Below, one piece after another: positions 25,206 through 39,200 of a stretch of DNA of 64,000 bases. Each line of letters starts with the position of its first letter. The first letter of the stretch is position 1. The notes beneath the pieces were generated by a model. It worked only from the letters and a program-made list of their open reading frames with translations, made no database searches and had not been told where the DNA came from. Both the position numbers and the translations under genes were made by a program. Location: NCBI RefSeq assembly GCF_964204645.1, contig NC_134025.1, forward strand, positions 29,554,299 through 29,618,298, given 5' to 3'. Source of the DNA: Tubulanus polymorphus (Eukaryota > Animalia > Nemertea).

Positions 25206-26907
25206 GATCCTATCAGTAAATGCTGTAATCCTATCATTAGTAGATCTCTATAAGTTTAATACGATATAATCCCAGGCGCTCTACGTTATTCTCGACAAAT
25301 ATTGGTTTTAATTCATCGATTTGTGCCGGTAGTCCAAACAGGAGCAGCTGGGACATCCCACCGGACACTTCAACTTCTGCTTCAATTTCTACTCGTTCTC
25401 TATTCATACATGTTGGTATCAGGTGCTGAATTCAAACTACCTGCTATATAGAACGGGACAAACTGTCGCTCGAGTTGTCTACAACAGGTCGATGACATTT
25501 AGAAATGCTGCCATCCCTGCCCTTGGGCCAAGAAAACGGTCAGATCACATTGAAAGCCCTGGGCTCGAGGACGAGACAGGCGCCGGCCTACCTATTCTGA
25601 TGCGCTGCAAATGTTTCATATCATTAATGCGAGTGAAAGTAGAACTCAAAATAGAAATAATTTGGTTTTGTGAAGGTTTGTCGTGCGGTGAGACAAATTG
25701 AAACAGCGGATCTGCCCAGCACGCTTGCGTACGCACTCTATTGTCGTCTGACTACATGTTGTCTGTGCTGGGCTTTGTTTACCGTAGCGGTGATATGACG
25801 TTAATCCATCCTACAATTAATACTAGAAAGTAATTAATTAACTGTTAGAAATCAGGACCGTTCTACACTTTAATCAACAAGATTCGTGCTAATTTTTCGT
25901 CTATATCCTATTCAATTTAGCTTCATCATTTTTTTTCTTAAAATAATTAGGACCTCCACTGTTTTAAACTATGCACAGACGTTGTATTCAACAGTGTCTG
26001 TCACTCAATGAAGGGAATAGAAGAAAAAATCAGTTAGATTTCTTCGAAACGGCTTTACAGATTTCTTCCAATCCGGACAATGGGCAAGCTCCTCGCATAC
26101 AAAAAAATGAAATTGCCCAATTGATAAAAACCGGTTACGATACTTATAGTGATCATTCATACATTTAGCCTATTTAACGTGTTGGCATTAAATGAGCACG
26201 CAGCCACGTTTCTATGATATTACGTGTTAATACCTGTGTTTACATGACACTTTTTGACAAATTATCCATTGTGCTTCAAACACTTACAAAAGAAAGGCTA
26301 CTGACTTTTCATTTAGTAATAAGAGCTGCTTCGATATAAAAACGATGGATTCGTTTAGATATTTACATGCGTTGTTGAATAAACACCTATTTAGTTAGTT
26401 TTAGACATCTTAAAAACTAGGCTCAAAATTAAGAATTTTTGAAAGCTAGATTTTCCAAAAATCCGGAACAATCTCATTATGAAATTTAAACGAAGGGTAA
26501 TTTATAGGTTAACTAGGTTTTATTAAGAATATGAGCTTTCGCTACTAATTCTTAGTAGCTTGATCAGGTATAAATGAGTTGAATACCTTACCCAATGAAG
26601 CTACTATGCACTAGTAGTGAAAGCTTGTACCTTTGATAAAATCTAGTTAATTCACTAGATGTAGTTAACTGAAAGAAGCGACAAATGGAGATTTTAAAAC
26701 TACGAAATGTACGCGTGAATTGGGTCTGGAAGAACACGAACTTTTACTAGCGATTTACAGATAATCTCATCACCGGGAAACCAAACAATACGAGGTTTTA
26801 TCATTGGCAAAAAACTGCGAATATATCTCATTGGGCCTGGCAGTATACACGAAGCTAGCTAGCAGCCGAAATCGATGGCTTTTCTCGGTGATGTACGCCT
26901 GTCGCTA

Positions 26908-26933
26908 GTTCGTTCGTTCGTTCGTTCGTTCGT
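26908..26933. repeat. (GTTC)n microsatellite
   Basis: Six tandem GTTC units. Confidence 0.9.
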
Positions 26934-28697
26934 GTGCCTTTAATCCGGATTAGACGATAAAAGAAAATATCACAGGTTACCATAGAGATCTGTGTTCTAC
27001 AACATCATAATTTCTCAACATAGTCCCGTAACCCCTATTCTCTATATACTAATAATGTATATACAAGATGCGGTCCTTTCTAAACCCTATTCAAGACGGA
27101 TCGTTCCGAAATGAATCAAAGCTGTAATATTACACGAATCGCCGTATGAATCATTCGAGAAAAAGATGTTATTGTCCTTGAAACTTCTTAAAAGTAGTAG
27201 TCTCTAAAATCGACCTTCATAGATCATTAATAAATCACCCAAAAACAAGTGTTGCATTTCTCAAAATCTCGCGCCAAGATGGCGAGTTATATATCAATTC
27301 TACCACTAGTGTTATAGGTCGGTAATGAAAATGCCCGGTCATTTTATATTCTCTTTCAAACCCGTGTTTGTATGGCATCGTTCGCCATTTGCTTATTGAA
27401 TAACGACGAACATGCCCGCGGATGTACCGTTTTATTTCATCGCCGATGCTGTTGCTTTTCAGCGCTTTTTTGCGTAGTTATTCGGCGTCGGAAAATACCG
27501 TCGTGAAAAACATGATAGACCTCTCGGAAAGAAGATTGCAATCTGCGACAGACATTATAGAACGAGCCGGTTTTGTTAGGGTTTTATCAGCGTTTTCCAC
27601 GTTGGTGGCGAAAAATTGTGACTAAACAAAAAAGCTGAGAATTACACAGGTTTCCCAAAACTGGTATCATATTACATCTCAGGTGAAATGGAAGGTTCAT
27701 AACGTTGACCATGCACAGCGCTCAGGACAACATTTCATAGATGAAAATTGCATATATCAAAATGAGCAGCTGGAATTCTTGATAAACTACATGCAAATTA
27801 GCGTCTGCGAAATCCGACCAGCCGATACTTATTATCATAAACCCGTATTAACTCATTCTTTCTGCATAAAATACACATTTATTTTTAGACAGAGATAGAT
27901 ACCACATCTATATATTACTAAACTATCACATAGAATATGTAAATCGCTGGTTTCGGTGATTGTGAGTAAAAAAGCGTCGAGCCAAATATTCACCCGCCCG
28001 CATCGGCAACCCGGCGTCAAAATGGCTCGTCTAGACAACATCGCATGGGCTTAGCTCGGTACATTTTTTACGAATATGACATTGGATTAATGAAATACCG
28101 CTGACATCATTTGCTATATTGATAAATAGTGGGGGACATAGTGGCGAATTCGTGTATAATGGACGGGTATAAACCAATTACTGTAGATTATTGAGTGTGT
28201 GACAACTATTTAATTCCAATATAATCATCACGACAATTTACTGATATCAAGTTTCTGCGAATGATTGCGACAAAGCGCTGACTTCATCATCAGTTCGTGA
28301 ACGCAAACACGCAAGGCGAACCGTTCACCTTCGAATCGGGCGTTAATTAGAAATTAAACGATCCGTGAATTTGCGCCAAGCTCGGGCCTGACTGTAAACC
28401 GTAGGTGAGACACGACCAACCGTGAATGTTTGCACTGTTTACAATGTATGAACGCCAGTCAGTAGTATACGGGAACCCTTTAGTAAATATGTTTATATCA
28501 CGACCTGTTTCTCGGGAAAAGTGGCCGTAATTAATGAACAGGTTGACGCATGACGGATGACGTAATTAGCACGAATATTCTTGTTCTAGTGTGCAAGTTC
28601 CCCGCCGACATCTGACGTCAATGCCAACAGAATGTCTCGTTTCTAGATCCCTTATTTTTATATCACATATAAAATCATAAGAATACAAATGACCCAC

Positions 28698-28773
28698 TTT
28701 CCCTCCTCTCCATCTCTCTCTCTCTCCATCACCCTCTCTCTCTCTCCATATCTCTCTCTCTCTCTATCTCTCT
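28698..28773. repeat. CT-rich degenerate microsatellite
   Basis: (CT)n with interruptions; similar tracts at about 4273-4311 (GA), 42016-42044 (GA) and 60970-61030 (CT). Confidence 0.85.
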
Positions 28774-31700
28774 TGCTATTCCAACTCCTCAATTAATGTT
28801 TATAGATCTTGTTTAACAATAACTACAGCTATATTTATTGACTCATTCGCGCCGACGTATCTCCCGAGACGTTTGTGAAATCTGACCCACCTTTCCCAGT
28901 TTATAAAGGAACATCGTTTATGCGTCATCTTCAATAGAACTGCACGAACACTTAGAAATATTGTCACTATAACATTTCGTATACCTGTAATACTGCACAA
29001 CCGGTAAAAACGGCGTTATTTTTCTAAACGCTTCTCCATGAAAATTTTACACCTGATATCTAAATGAAACAATTCCAAACCCGATGGAATGAAACGTTGT
29101 CAAACGACACTAGATATAGGAAACGTATATATTTTTTCTATAAAAGGACCGGCTATTCGATAATTAATTTGCCATCGCGTCAGTCTGTGTGTGTACAGGG
29201 TATGATACGGGTATCAATGTCGAATTCACCATTGAACAATTGACATTTTCGCGAAATTCAGTCGAACGTTTTTTTTTTCTGTCATTGTGACGAAAAGGTT
29301 TCTTGTTATTGAAATAATTCGTTTGTAATCGCCTGAATTCACAGTGACGGATGTCGACTGACGCTCAAGGGCAAAATGACCCCCCTCAATTGTGGAGTGC
29401 CAAAAAGTGTTGGTCACCGTACTACGCCATATTGTGCTAATCATAAAGAAATGAAACGAGCTTTGCATATTGAGCTACTCTCACACAGGACACCATCAAT
29501 TAGAAATTACCACCCGAGTCAATGTGAGCTGAAAATGGGAAATAAAGCGACAACCGCGTGGCGCGATATGTCATTAAAGGGGAACTGGGGCTACTCCAAC
29601 GGCTGGGTGACACAAAGCAAAAGAACCTGCGCGAGCACGATAAGAAAAAATAATTTCGTATGCATCAGATGATCGTGAAATTGTAAGTGCAGGGAGGCAA
29701 GTGAGGGATACGGCAAGAGATATAACAGATCGTTGATGAGGGTGACGCGTGTTGATGATTTACCGCTAACCTTAGACTGACGATTCGAATACATTAGGTC
29801 AATTATACACTTAGTCGAGTATGAAATGCTTTTTTCTGCGTCGCGCCCTTTAAACGAGAACCAACGGTGTCGCATGACTACCGACATCCGCAAAATCCTC
29901 GCTTCCCAGTGGCTAATTAAACAAAAAAAACGTTTTTTACTTGGAATACAGGAATACAAAATGTTTGATTCCGAATGCCAGCATGTCATTTACATACGCG
30001 TAATGTTTAAAGAAATGTTCTATTCTAAGACTAACCCACGTAACGTATCAACGAAGGATCATCTTTCAAAAAAAAAAAACGTAATCCTATTATAACTCAT
30101 ATGACACGATAATCCTGATGGTTGGGTCCTGGTGGTAGGCATTTATTAAATGTTCCCTCGTAGAAAACATTATGCATTCTAAATTAGATACACGGTGAAT
30201 TGTTACCAGATCTGTTCTCGTATCTGAATGAATAATTCAATTTTATGAAAGACTGTGAACCCAACGCGCCTAACCCGTATAACCATTACCGAAAAAAATG
30301 TTGAATTAATGCTGTAGCCTGACATGAAATCGCGTCCACGGAATATACGTCAAACGTAGCCCGGATTAACCCGAAGTCTTTTTTAGAAACTAAAGCTAAA
30401 AGACTCGTTGTTCGGGGAACAACGCATCGCAGTTGACCACGAGGTTGTCATCGCCAGATTTTTACGGTCAGATTAGTTTTCACATCAGATACAAAAACGT
30501 TTACCGAGGTAAGAATGGAGCAGATTACGGAAATGATGTACGAGATAACTTACTTTAAATGAAAGTTAAAGACTTGTAAATCCGAACCACTTCCGAAACT
30601 GGCTGGAACGTTGTTGTACGCGACTACCGGGCGCGATGTCGACTTCTCGAGACTTCTCCTGAGAAAACACACGCTCAATCCGATGAAGAAAAGCTACGGA
30701 AATGGTAAAACTGGATTTAGGCCAAAATGACAACAAGGCTTTAAACCACTGTGTAGTAAAAACCCCCAACAAAGTCGTAGTAATGACTGAATGATAGAGA
30801 TTGATAGGTATGCCTAGTTTACGAATCTCATCACCGCGTTCGACCAATCGGCGAGCGGTTCATTCAGCTACTGGCAACCACTAGCATCATCCAAGACGAT
30901 GACAGAGGCTAAAGAAATGAGATGGTATATACGCGTTAAGATCGATAGAATATTGTCAGACAGGACCCGCCTTCAATTATATCACCAAACTCTACTTATT
31001 AACAATTCCACCAGGAGCAGATATTTATTTCCTAAAGAGCTAAATCAAAATGTACGATAATCCCTAAGTATCTAATGTCAAAATAATCTAGAAACTACGG
31101 AGTCAATTTGCTTTCTTGTGACGCACATAGCGGCGATTTTTCTAAAATCCCAGTCCTCTCTTAATGATGGCTATAAAGCCGAGAAAAGGTTTCAAGAAAA
31201 CTAAGCGCGTTATATTTAAAAAGGAATAGTTTAGTAGCCGCCTCGGAATTAATGAAGAGAAAAAGAAGTTTTATCGTAAAGCTTACCGTAATGTATATAA
31301 ATCACGAAGTGGCGGGTTATTGTAGAGTGAATACCCTGTGCACGATTCCACTATAAACGACCAGTAGTAGTACATTGACAGTGTTCATGCCCGATGTGGC
31401 TTCTATATGAGGAAATTTTAGGGTAAATGGCCATAGTGAATAAGCGCAGATTTTATTATTTTCTACTCGCCTTTGAACAACTATAATGAACAGCCGAAAT
31501 TCTAGACCATTTTACCTGTCAGTCATATTCTTTTATTCTCTCTACGGATCGCGCTCCTTTTTAAATGAAGATCTTAAAAGTTATCGGTATTAGGTGACTG
31601 TCGCAGAGTTTAACCATATATTCATGAGGATGATTTTTAGAGTAAAACCTGTATCAGGTCGCCACGGCAAATATACATAATTTCCATCAATATTTTAGAG

Positions 31701-34700
31701 GATTTAGTGGAAACATGTTGCAGTCATTTTCATTAATACATTTTGATTTCACATCACGTTTTCCATATAATTCATATGTATATTATATGTATTGAAACTC
31801 AGGCGATTTAGAAAAAAAAAATTCCGTCCCAACATATCTACAACAGATGTCGCATATAACACGTCATGTTACTAGGCGAATGCACACAATAATCTGAACT
31901 AAAGGTCGAAATATCATTTTGATCAAGATTAAAGATTATCAAAAATATAATTGCCTATTTCTATCGTCGTAATGTTATTTACAATTTTATATTCGGCGCT
32001 ATTTTTATCGTATAAATAAAACGCACATGAAGATTTTTATCGGTGTCCGTCGGTTTAGAAATACAATGGATTCATCCTGACTGCGGGTCGAAAGATAATT
32101 CCCATCTCACAATAGACGCGTTGCCAACTCCGACTGAACTTCACAATAATAGTCATCTTCTGCGCTGAAGCCCGGGGACAATACGCTTTACAATTCGGTA
32201 CCGGCGCAAGACGAGCGCACCCGATTCGGGCCCCAAAGGTTCGAACGATTGCGATGAAAACGTGTATCGGGCGGCTATTTGACCACATGCAGATAACCAA
32301 CCGAGAGTTTGATAGCGAAACCATCAATTTCCCAGTCGGATAAGATTCAAAAAGTGAGCCGAAACCAACCAGGCGTCTAAAATAGTCAGCTCAATGTCCG
32401 CAATGACACGCCGGTCCGAATTTACACAACGAAGCGACAGAATGCGCTCTAGTTTAATCACAGGGCATCAAAATGCTTCGTAAACTTCAGTCAGTAAACT
32501 CTAAACCGTAAGATTTGAATGTTTCGCCGAACTGGCGAGGTCTATCGCGTCAAATCGGGTGTATACAAAACGTCGAACCTCTTTAAAACCGGACGCATGG
32601 TCGGTGATTCTAATTTACCGGGAAATATCTTTTACCCATCAAAGGTTGCGCCATAGAAAACCAGAGCTTTACAAATCTCCAAAGAAGGTTAACTGACAGT
32701 ATTCAAACGAAACGCGACCTATTTCTTTTTCACGCACAATGATCTGCGATAGGACCAAAATAATAGTCATAACTGAAGTACCCCGGAATAAATGAACGAA
32801 TACTCGGGTTAAAGTTGCTTCTTAATAGACAGTGTGCGGCTTTTCTTAAGTAATAATTCATTTCGCACAAGTACAACAATATGGCGAATAGGAAGAATCT
32901 TGCGAAGAGTCGCAGGTGGCCGAAACCATTTCCGATTGCGCTTTTTGTTCGGTGTCGGAATCTCTCGTCAAACCCGTCTGGTGTTAAAGAGTTGTTGTTG
33001 TTGGCATTTTGTCTTGTTTAAAACTATTGAAATTTGTCACGAATCTGCAAACTACAAAACCTCATCTCCAAATACCTCGAAAACATCTACGTATATGTAC
33101 ATGATTATGATTCAAGATGCATTTGAGTGAACCCTGAACGAGAACGGTTAGGTCGGTTAGAGCGACAGAGAGTGATAATGAGTTTAAAGTCAGGTGTTAA
33201 TGGCGAGTAAGAATTTGACGACGAACTCAAATGCGTAGGTTGCAAGAGGTATGTCAATGACTTACCACTTTAAAGTTCATCAACAAGTACAAAATCCATA
33301 CTCGGTCACATTATCCTGAAATTTAGCTATTCTATCTCAGATATAAAATCTCATGTCTCAGATAACAGTTTTCACCTCCTCCTGCACATGTTGTTCCTCT
33401 ATATTCCTACATGCACATGTTGTATCCTCGGCGTACTGTCTTATGTATTATCGTTCATTATCTAATGCTCGATTTCATATCTATCAAAGCGCACTTATCC
33501 ACGGTAACTATCCAGAAAACCCGCCAATGGCGGCCATCATTTTTAGACTCGAGTTATTTTAGACGTTTCGTTTGAGGATTGAGCAACCGTCCCGGACTGA
33601 ATCTCTGACCAAAATGCCGTCTGATAGTCTCCTAGTTTGGTATTATATTCTCAGCTTATCCTCTCTATGCAATGATTGAGGGCTTAGGCTTAAATTGTTT
33701 AAATGTTTCGAGCATTTCTGTGAACGCGGCTTAATAGGCTTATAATCTCAAAATAAACCCCCAGTAATACCGCCTAACGATCGTGTACTACCGCACATAT
33801 AAAACCCTCGCACCATTGTCATCTCACGATTCAAAATTCAACGTTTACCGGACAAATCCGAGAAAATAGGTCTAGCAAATAAATCCTCTCGACTGAATAA
33901 AAACATCTGATTGAACGGGAGAGTTCTTCGGCGGTTACAATAGACTAATCCGATCCTGGATTAACTTTTCCTCCGTGTTTGCTATCGCCCGCATTTTTAT
34001 GATATATCTTAATCTCGATTCATAAACATATATGGGAAAAATGTATGTGCCCGGTTTGTCAGGTTGGCTTTGTCAAGGCTCAAAGAACACTTTCTGTTGG
34101 GATATTATTCGCCTTGGACATTTATAAGAAGATATCCGTGCTTTCGGGCTATTATTAACAAATTAACTGCTAAACGCAGTCTCGAAGAGGATCAGCGAAT
34201 GAAAGACGATATAATACCGTATAATCGCCGATCATCCTCCCTCATATTACAAGCGTTTAACGGCAAATAAAACCGTGTTTATTTTTGCACGGATATTAAC
34301 AGATTTGATATGGATTATGATAGAATTCCCTTGTCGGAACTCGTTCCATTTCCCACTGAGATAACCGGAAGTCATGACAGACGCGTATAATGGCGGACTC
34401 ACTCACTCGTCAAGGGTGTACAGCCCGCTAGACAGTCCGTTCTAATATGGCCCGTACCAGGAACGGACCTTGCAGAACGGACCAAATCAATGCGGTGCCT
34501 TCACATACATTTCTCAATCAGCTGTTATCACTGGTCCAGCTAGATCGGTCAATTTGATCGGTCTAAATTGATCTGTTCTAATATGGAACGGACCAATTTA
34601 GAATGGCATTTTAGATTTTGGTGAACCCGGCTTATAGCAATCGTAACCCTGAGCCCTTTTGCGCACTTAATCCTCCTGGGCCAGTAACTGAAGATACAGC

Positions 34701-35252
34701 ATTCTCCATATGAAATCAGTTTTGAGTGCTATCTTGTAGGCCACGGCGGCAATTTGACCAATCTTTTCATTTTGTAAAAATCACTTAGCAAATTACAGCT
34801 GAGTATCCGGTATTCTTTGCCTCTGTGTGTTGCTCCGTGTGTCAGTGATGCTGGAATTGAAGTTACTCCAACAGTGCTGCCTTACTGTGTCTATCAGTCC
34901 GGGACACGAGGCTGCTCCCCATTGTCTTACAACAAAAAGATTAATATCATTTAATTAATTGATTTTAATTGAATTAGATCAATTAATTAATGTAATTGAA
35001 TGAGTGCGCGCGTTTTGATTGATTAAATCTTCGTTTGTCGACGCGACACACAAGACGTTTGCACGACTGCGATTAGGCAAATTGCCGCAACACGTTGAGC
35101 GCAAACAATGATGTTTTTACCGTCGAATGAATAAACGAGGAAAAATATTGTCTGCCACAAATGTTTTCAGGAAACCGGAATCAGAAAAAAAACCGACTGC
35201 GAGTATGAACGATGAAAAATCTGCGGTGTTAAATCTGATTTCCATAGACCTC

Positions 35253-36276
35253 ACAGTGGTTCAGAACCCGGTTTCACTTGGGTTACAGTGGTTCAGAACC
35301 CGGTTTCACTTGGGTTACAGTGGTTCAGAACCCGGTTTCACTTGGGTTACAGTGGTTCAGAACCCGGTTTCACTTGGGTTACAGTGGTTCAGAACCCGGT
35401 TTCACTTGGGTTACAGTGGTTCAGAACCCGGTTTCACTTGGGTTACAGTGGTTCAGAACCCGGCTTCACTTGGGTTACAGTGGTTCAGAACCCGGTTTCA
35501 CTTGGGTTACAGTGGTTCAGAACCCGGTTTCACTTGGGTCACAGTGGTTCAGAACCCGGTTTCACTTGGGTTACAGTGGTTCAGAACCCGGTTTCACTTG
35601 GGTTACAGTGGTTCAGAACCCGGCTTCACTTGGGTTACAGTGGTTCAGAACCCGGTTTCACTTGGGTTACAGTGGTTCAGAACCCGGCTTCACTTGGGTT
35701 ACAGTGGTTCAGAACCCGGTTTTACTTGGGTTACAGTGGTTCAGAACCCGGCTTCACTTGGGTTACAACGGTTCATAACCCGGTTTCACTTGGGTTACAG
35801 TGGTTCAGAACCCGGTTTCACTCGGGTTACAGTGGTTCAGAACCCGGTTTCACTTGGGTTACAGTGGTTCAGAACCCGGTTTCACTTGGGTTACAGTGGT
35901 TCAGAACCCGGTTTCACTTGGGTCACAGTGGTTCAGAACCCGGTTTCACTTGGGTTACAGTGGTTCAGAACCCGGTTTCACTTGGGTTACAGTGGTTCAG
36001 AACCCGGTTTCACTTGGGTTACAGTGGTTCAGAACCCGGTTTCACTTGGGTTACAGTGGTTCAGAACCCGGCTTCACTTGGGTTACAGTGGTTCAGAACC
36101 CGGTTTCACTTGGGTTACAGTGGTTCAGAACCCGGCTTCACTTGGGTTACAGTGGTTCAGAACCCGGTTTCACTCGGGTTACAGTGGTTAAGAACCCGGT
36201 TTCAATCGGGTTACAGTGGTTCAGAACCCGGCTTCACTTGGGTTACAGTGGTTCAGAACCCGGTTTCACTTGGGTT
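35253..36276. repeat. Minisatellite, 32 copies of a 32-bp unit
   Basis: Unit ACAGTGGTTCAGAACCCGGTTTCACTTGGGTT; span 1,024 bp = 32 x 32; only point variants and no spacers. Confidence 0.97.
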
Positions 36277-39200
36277 AAAGAAGTTAAAATGAAAAAGTGC
36301 TACATCTAACTCAAGAACTGGACCATTTCATTGTTGAACAATTTGTGTCGTAATTTCTTAATTTCTAATACTTAATTTTGTGACACAGTCTATATACATA
36401 CGAACGTACACTGCATTAAGGTAACTTTACACTTTAGAAGGTGTGTCAATACTTTTCATAAGTCGAGAAATGTATATAAGTTAATTATGGAACTCTTGCA
36501 GCGTAAAATGTCACAAAAGAAGTCATTATATCCGCGCTTGGTCGATCAACAACTGACCGCAGTACTGACCAAACCAGTATGATATGAATACAGTCGTACG
36601 TGTACGAACAATGGAGGTTATGTTTGGCAATCAACTACTATATCACCTGTACCTACAGTTCGAAATCAAAAATGCGTTTGTTGAGGCTAATATTGTCCTA
36701 TTGAACTGGCAGGACTCTAAGCACTGTTAGGCTCCTGTTAGGAATATACAAAGTCATCGAATTACTTCGATTTTCACTTATACTTTTAGGATATATTTGT
36801 ATGAAATGATACTTCGGTAAACATTAAAGAGAAATCTCCAGTCCTAAATGGACAATGTAAGATGCAGAATTTAGAAATGAAGCTGTTATGAAGAATCTAT
36901 TCCCGCTGTGAGCAGCATATGTTGCCCCGAAGCTTCGTTTATAACGCCCAAAATATTGACTATAGATCATGTAGAATAGGGTTATTCTGGCCAATTAACG
37001 GTTTATGAATCTTAACGGAGAAACCTTCGAAGTACCATTGATGCAATTGGAGGTGAGCGGCTAGCCCTAGGCCCTCGACCCCCTGACGTGGTATCCCTTG
37101 ATCTGGCCACGAGCCGCCTGGTACTATTGTAATACTATATACCAACGGTGGTCTTTTCTAGAGACACATGCACCGTGTTTCTAGGTGACATATGCAGAGA
37201 AAGGGTTTTTATCAGTCACCTGTAGACAACGCAATAAAACTCTCCAAAACGCCGTAATTTCTAACGTCTGTCCGATAACAAAAGGAGCGCCGAAATATCA
37301 ATTTCGCTTCGCAGCCAAGTTGGACAGATGAATGAACGGTTGACCAGGGAGGGCAGGTCATCTGGTATCTGTTAAACAGTAAACCCGTATATACATCACA
37401 CAAACAGTAATCATTACTGAGTATTTCCTTTATACAATTTTATAAATGATACGATTAATATTTCAAATGAATCTTTATTAATGATAAGTGATATTTCATG
37501 ATATTTCATACAAATGCGTCTGTTACACGCAGCGGTTAACTGAGCTGAGCGAAGCCTCCCGTCGGGCCACCCGTCGTTCGATTCAAATCTCAGAGCGAAA
37601 TTCACACGAATTATTTATTCCGATCGATTAAAGGTGTTTGAAAAAAAACGTGTTTAGTCGCCGAAAGGGAAGTAACTACAAAAAGCTATAGGGGTACACA
37701 TTAGGCTTATCATGTTACAATTGCTCTTGCAAAGACCCCCGCCTGCTACCGGGTCTATGACTATAGTCTTATATCGGTTACCCGCCGGCGCCAAACTCTG
37801 TTTGTGAGACGGAAAGTGTGAAATTTTATATGAACAAAACTCAAACATTACAGAGCTATTTTACACAAACTCCGTTATAAACGATTTATTCAATTAATTG
37901 AATTTACAAATTGCTCGTTGAAAAGACTGTCCTGATTTTAACATAAAGAGCTGACGGCAGGCAAAAGTTTATCTTTGGCAAGCAAAGTCATTTTGTTAGT
38001 TAACCATCAAGTGGCTTTCACCGGTCTGGCCACTTGTTATCGTATTTGCGCCCGTACTAGAGCACACAACCGGGCCAAATTTCCCGGTCCTCCAGTTTGC
38101 CAGAGCACATTAGGGGACAATATATGGACGTGTTGAAGTCGATTTTACCGTCGCCAACATGTCAATGTTCACCTCGTAAGTTAGTCAACATCTCACTGCG
38201 CTAATAATAATAATACATCATCGCACAAACTTTCTAATAATAAATCCATCACGGGTTCGGCTATCTATTCGTGTTGCGTATACATCATATTCAAGACATT
38301 TCTCTTGTCCTTATTGCTACTAATTGAGATTTCGAATCACACTAAACCAATAACGTCCGATATTACAAATACACGCGAAGAAATGAAACTTTTCAGGAGT
38401 AATTTCAGGTGAGTTTGTCGTTTGACGCGTCACGACGCCAATAAAACTGTAATTTGTGAGCGAAACGATGATACTGCATGTCGGTGATAGCATTGAGTCA
38501 GTCACTAGTGCTTTTATAATGTGTATTGGATTGTTTGACAACATGCAGTCATCGCGCGCTTATCATACGGTTACACTCTACCTGACGATAGTGGGCATTT
38601 TTTCAAGGATATTAAGATCTCGTTGTCCGATAGTTTCCGTGTACATTTCAATAATTTACTAATTAGCACGAAAAATACATTATGTTTAATAAAAGTAACG
38701 TTCATGGCGGAACGTTTATCGTAAACTTCAAATTAACCAGAAAATCTACAAATTACGCATGAAAATAATTTTCCCCACATATTTAGTATATAACATGACG
38801 CTAATTCTATTTCTATACGAACCCTGATTTCACCCTTTTCAATCCGCGGATTGATAAATTTGTTTTTCTTTTATGTCCTTCGTTGTCTCGCTTTAAAGCT
38901 GTTTTTGTCACAATGTCAACAGAGTATACAAAATCAGGAACGGATTAAACGACGATCTATTTTACTTTAACATCTACAGGTTCTTATTTCCGCAAGGCTC
39001 TCAGAAAACTTTTTTGCTTTTTGCTGCCATAATCAGAATTTACCACGAACATAGCTTTTAAAGTGGCGACGCGAGGCCGGATATTGTGTTGCGACATTTG
39101 TGAAGTGTTATAGCTTGCCTGAATATTCCACATTTTTATGCACGCATGAGACGATCTTTCAAAAAACAAGAGGACAGAATTCTGCAGCTAATGCGACACA

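Noticed and set aside
34430-34610. Segment with repeated AACGGACC and GTTCTAATATGG motifs
   Set aside because: Probably a decayed repeat, but I cannot define termini or find a second copy, so it is not called.
35127-36309. Long ORFs (354, 334, 169, 166 aa) and a superficially CRISPR-like array
   Set aside because: These are translations of the stop-free 32-bp tandem unit in all three frames. There are no unique spacers and no cas genes, and the context is eukaryotic.
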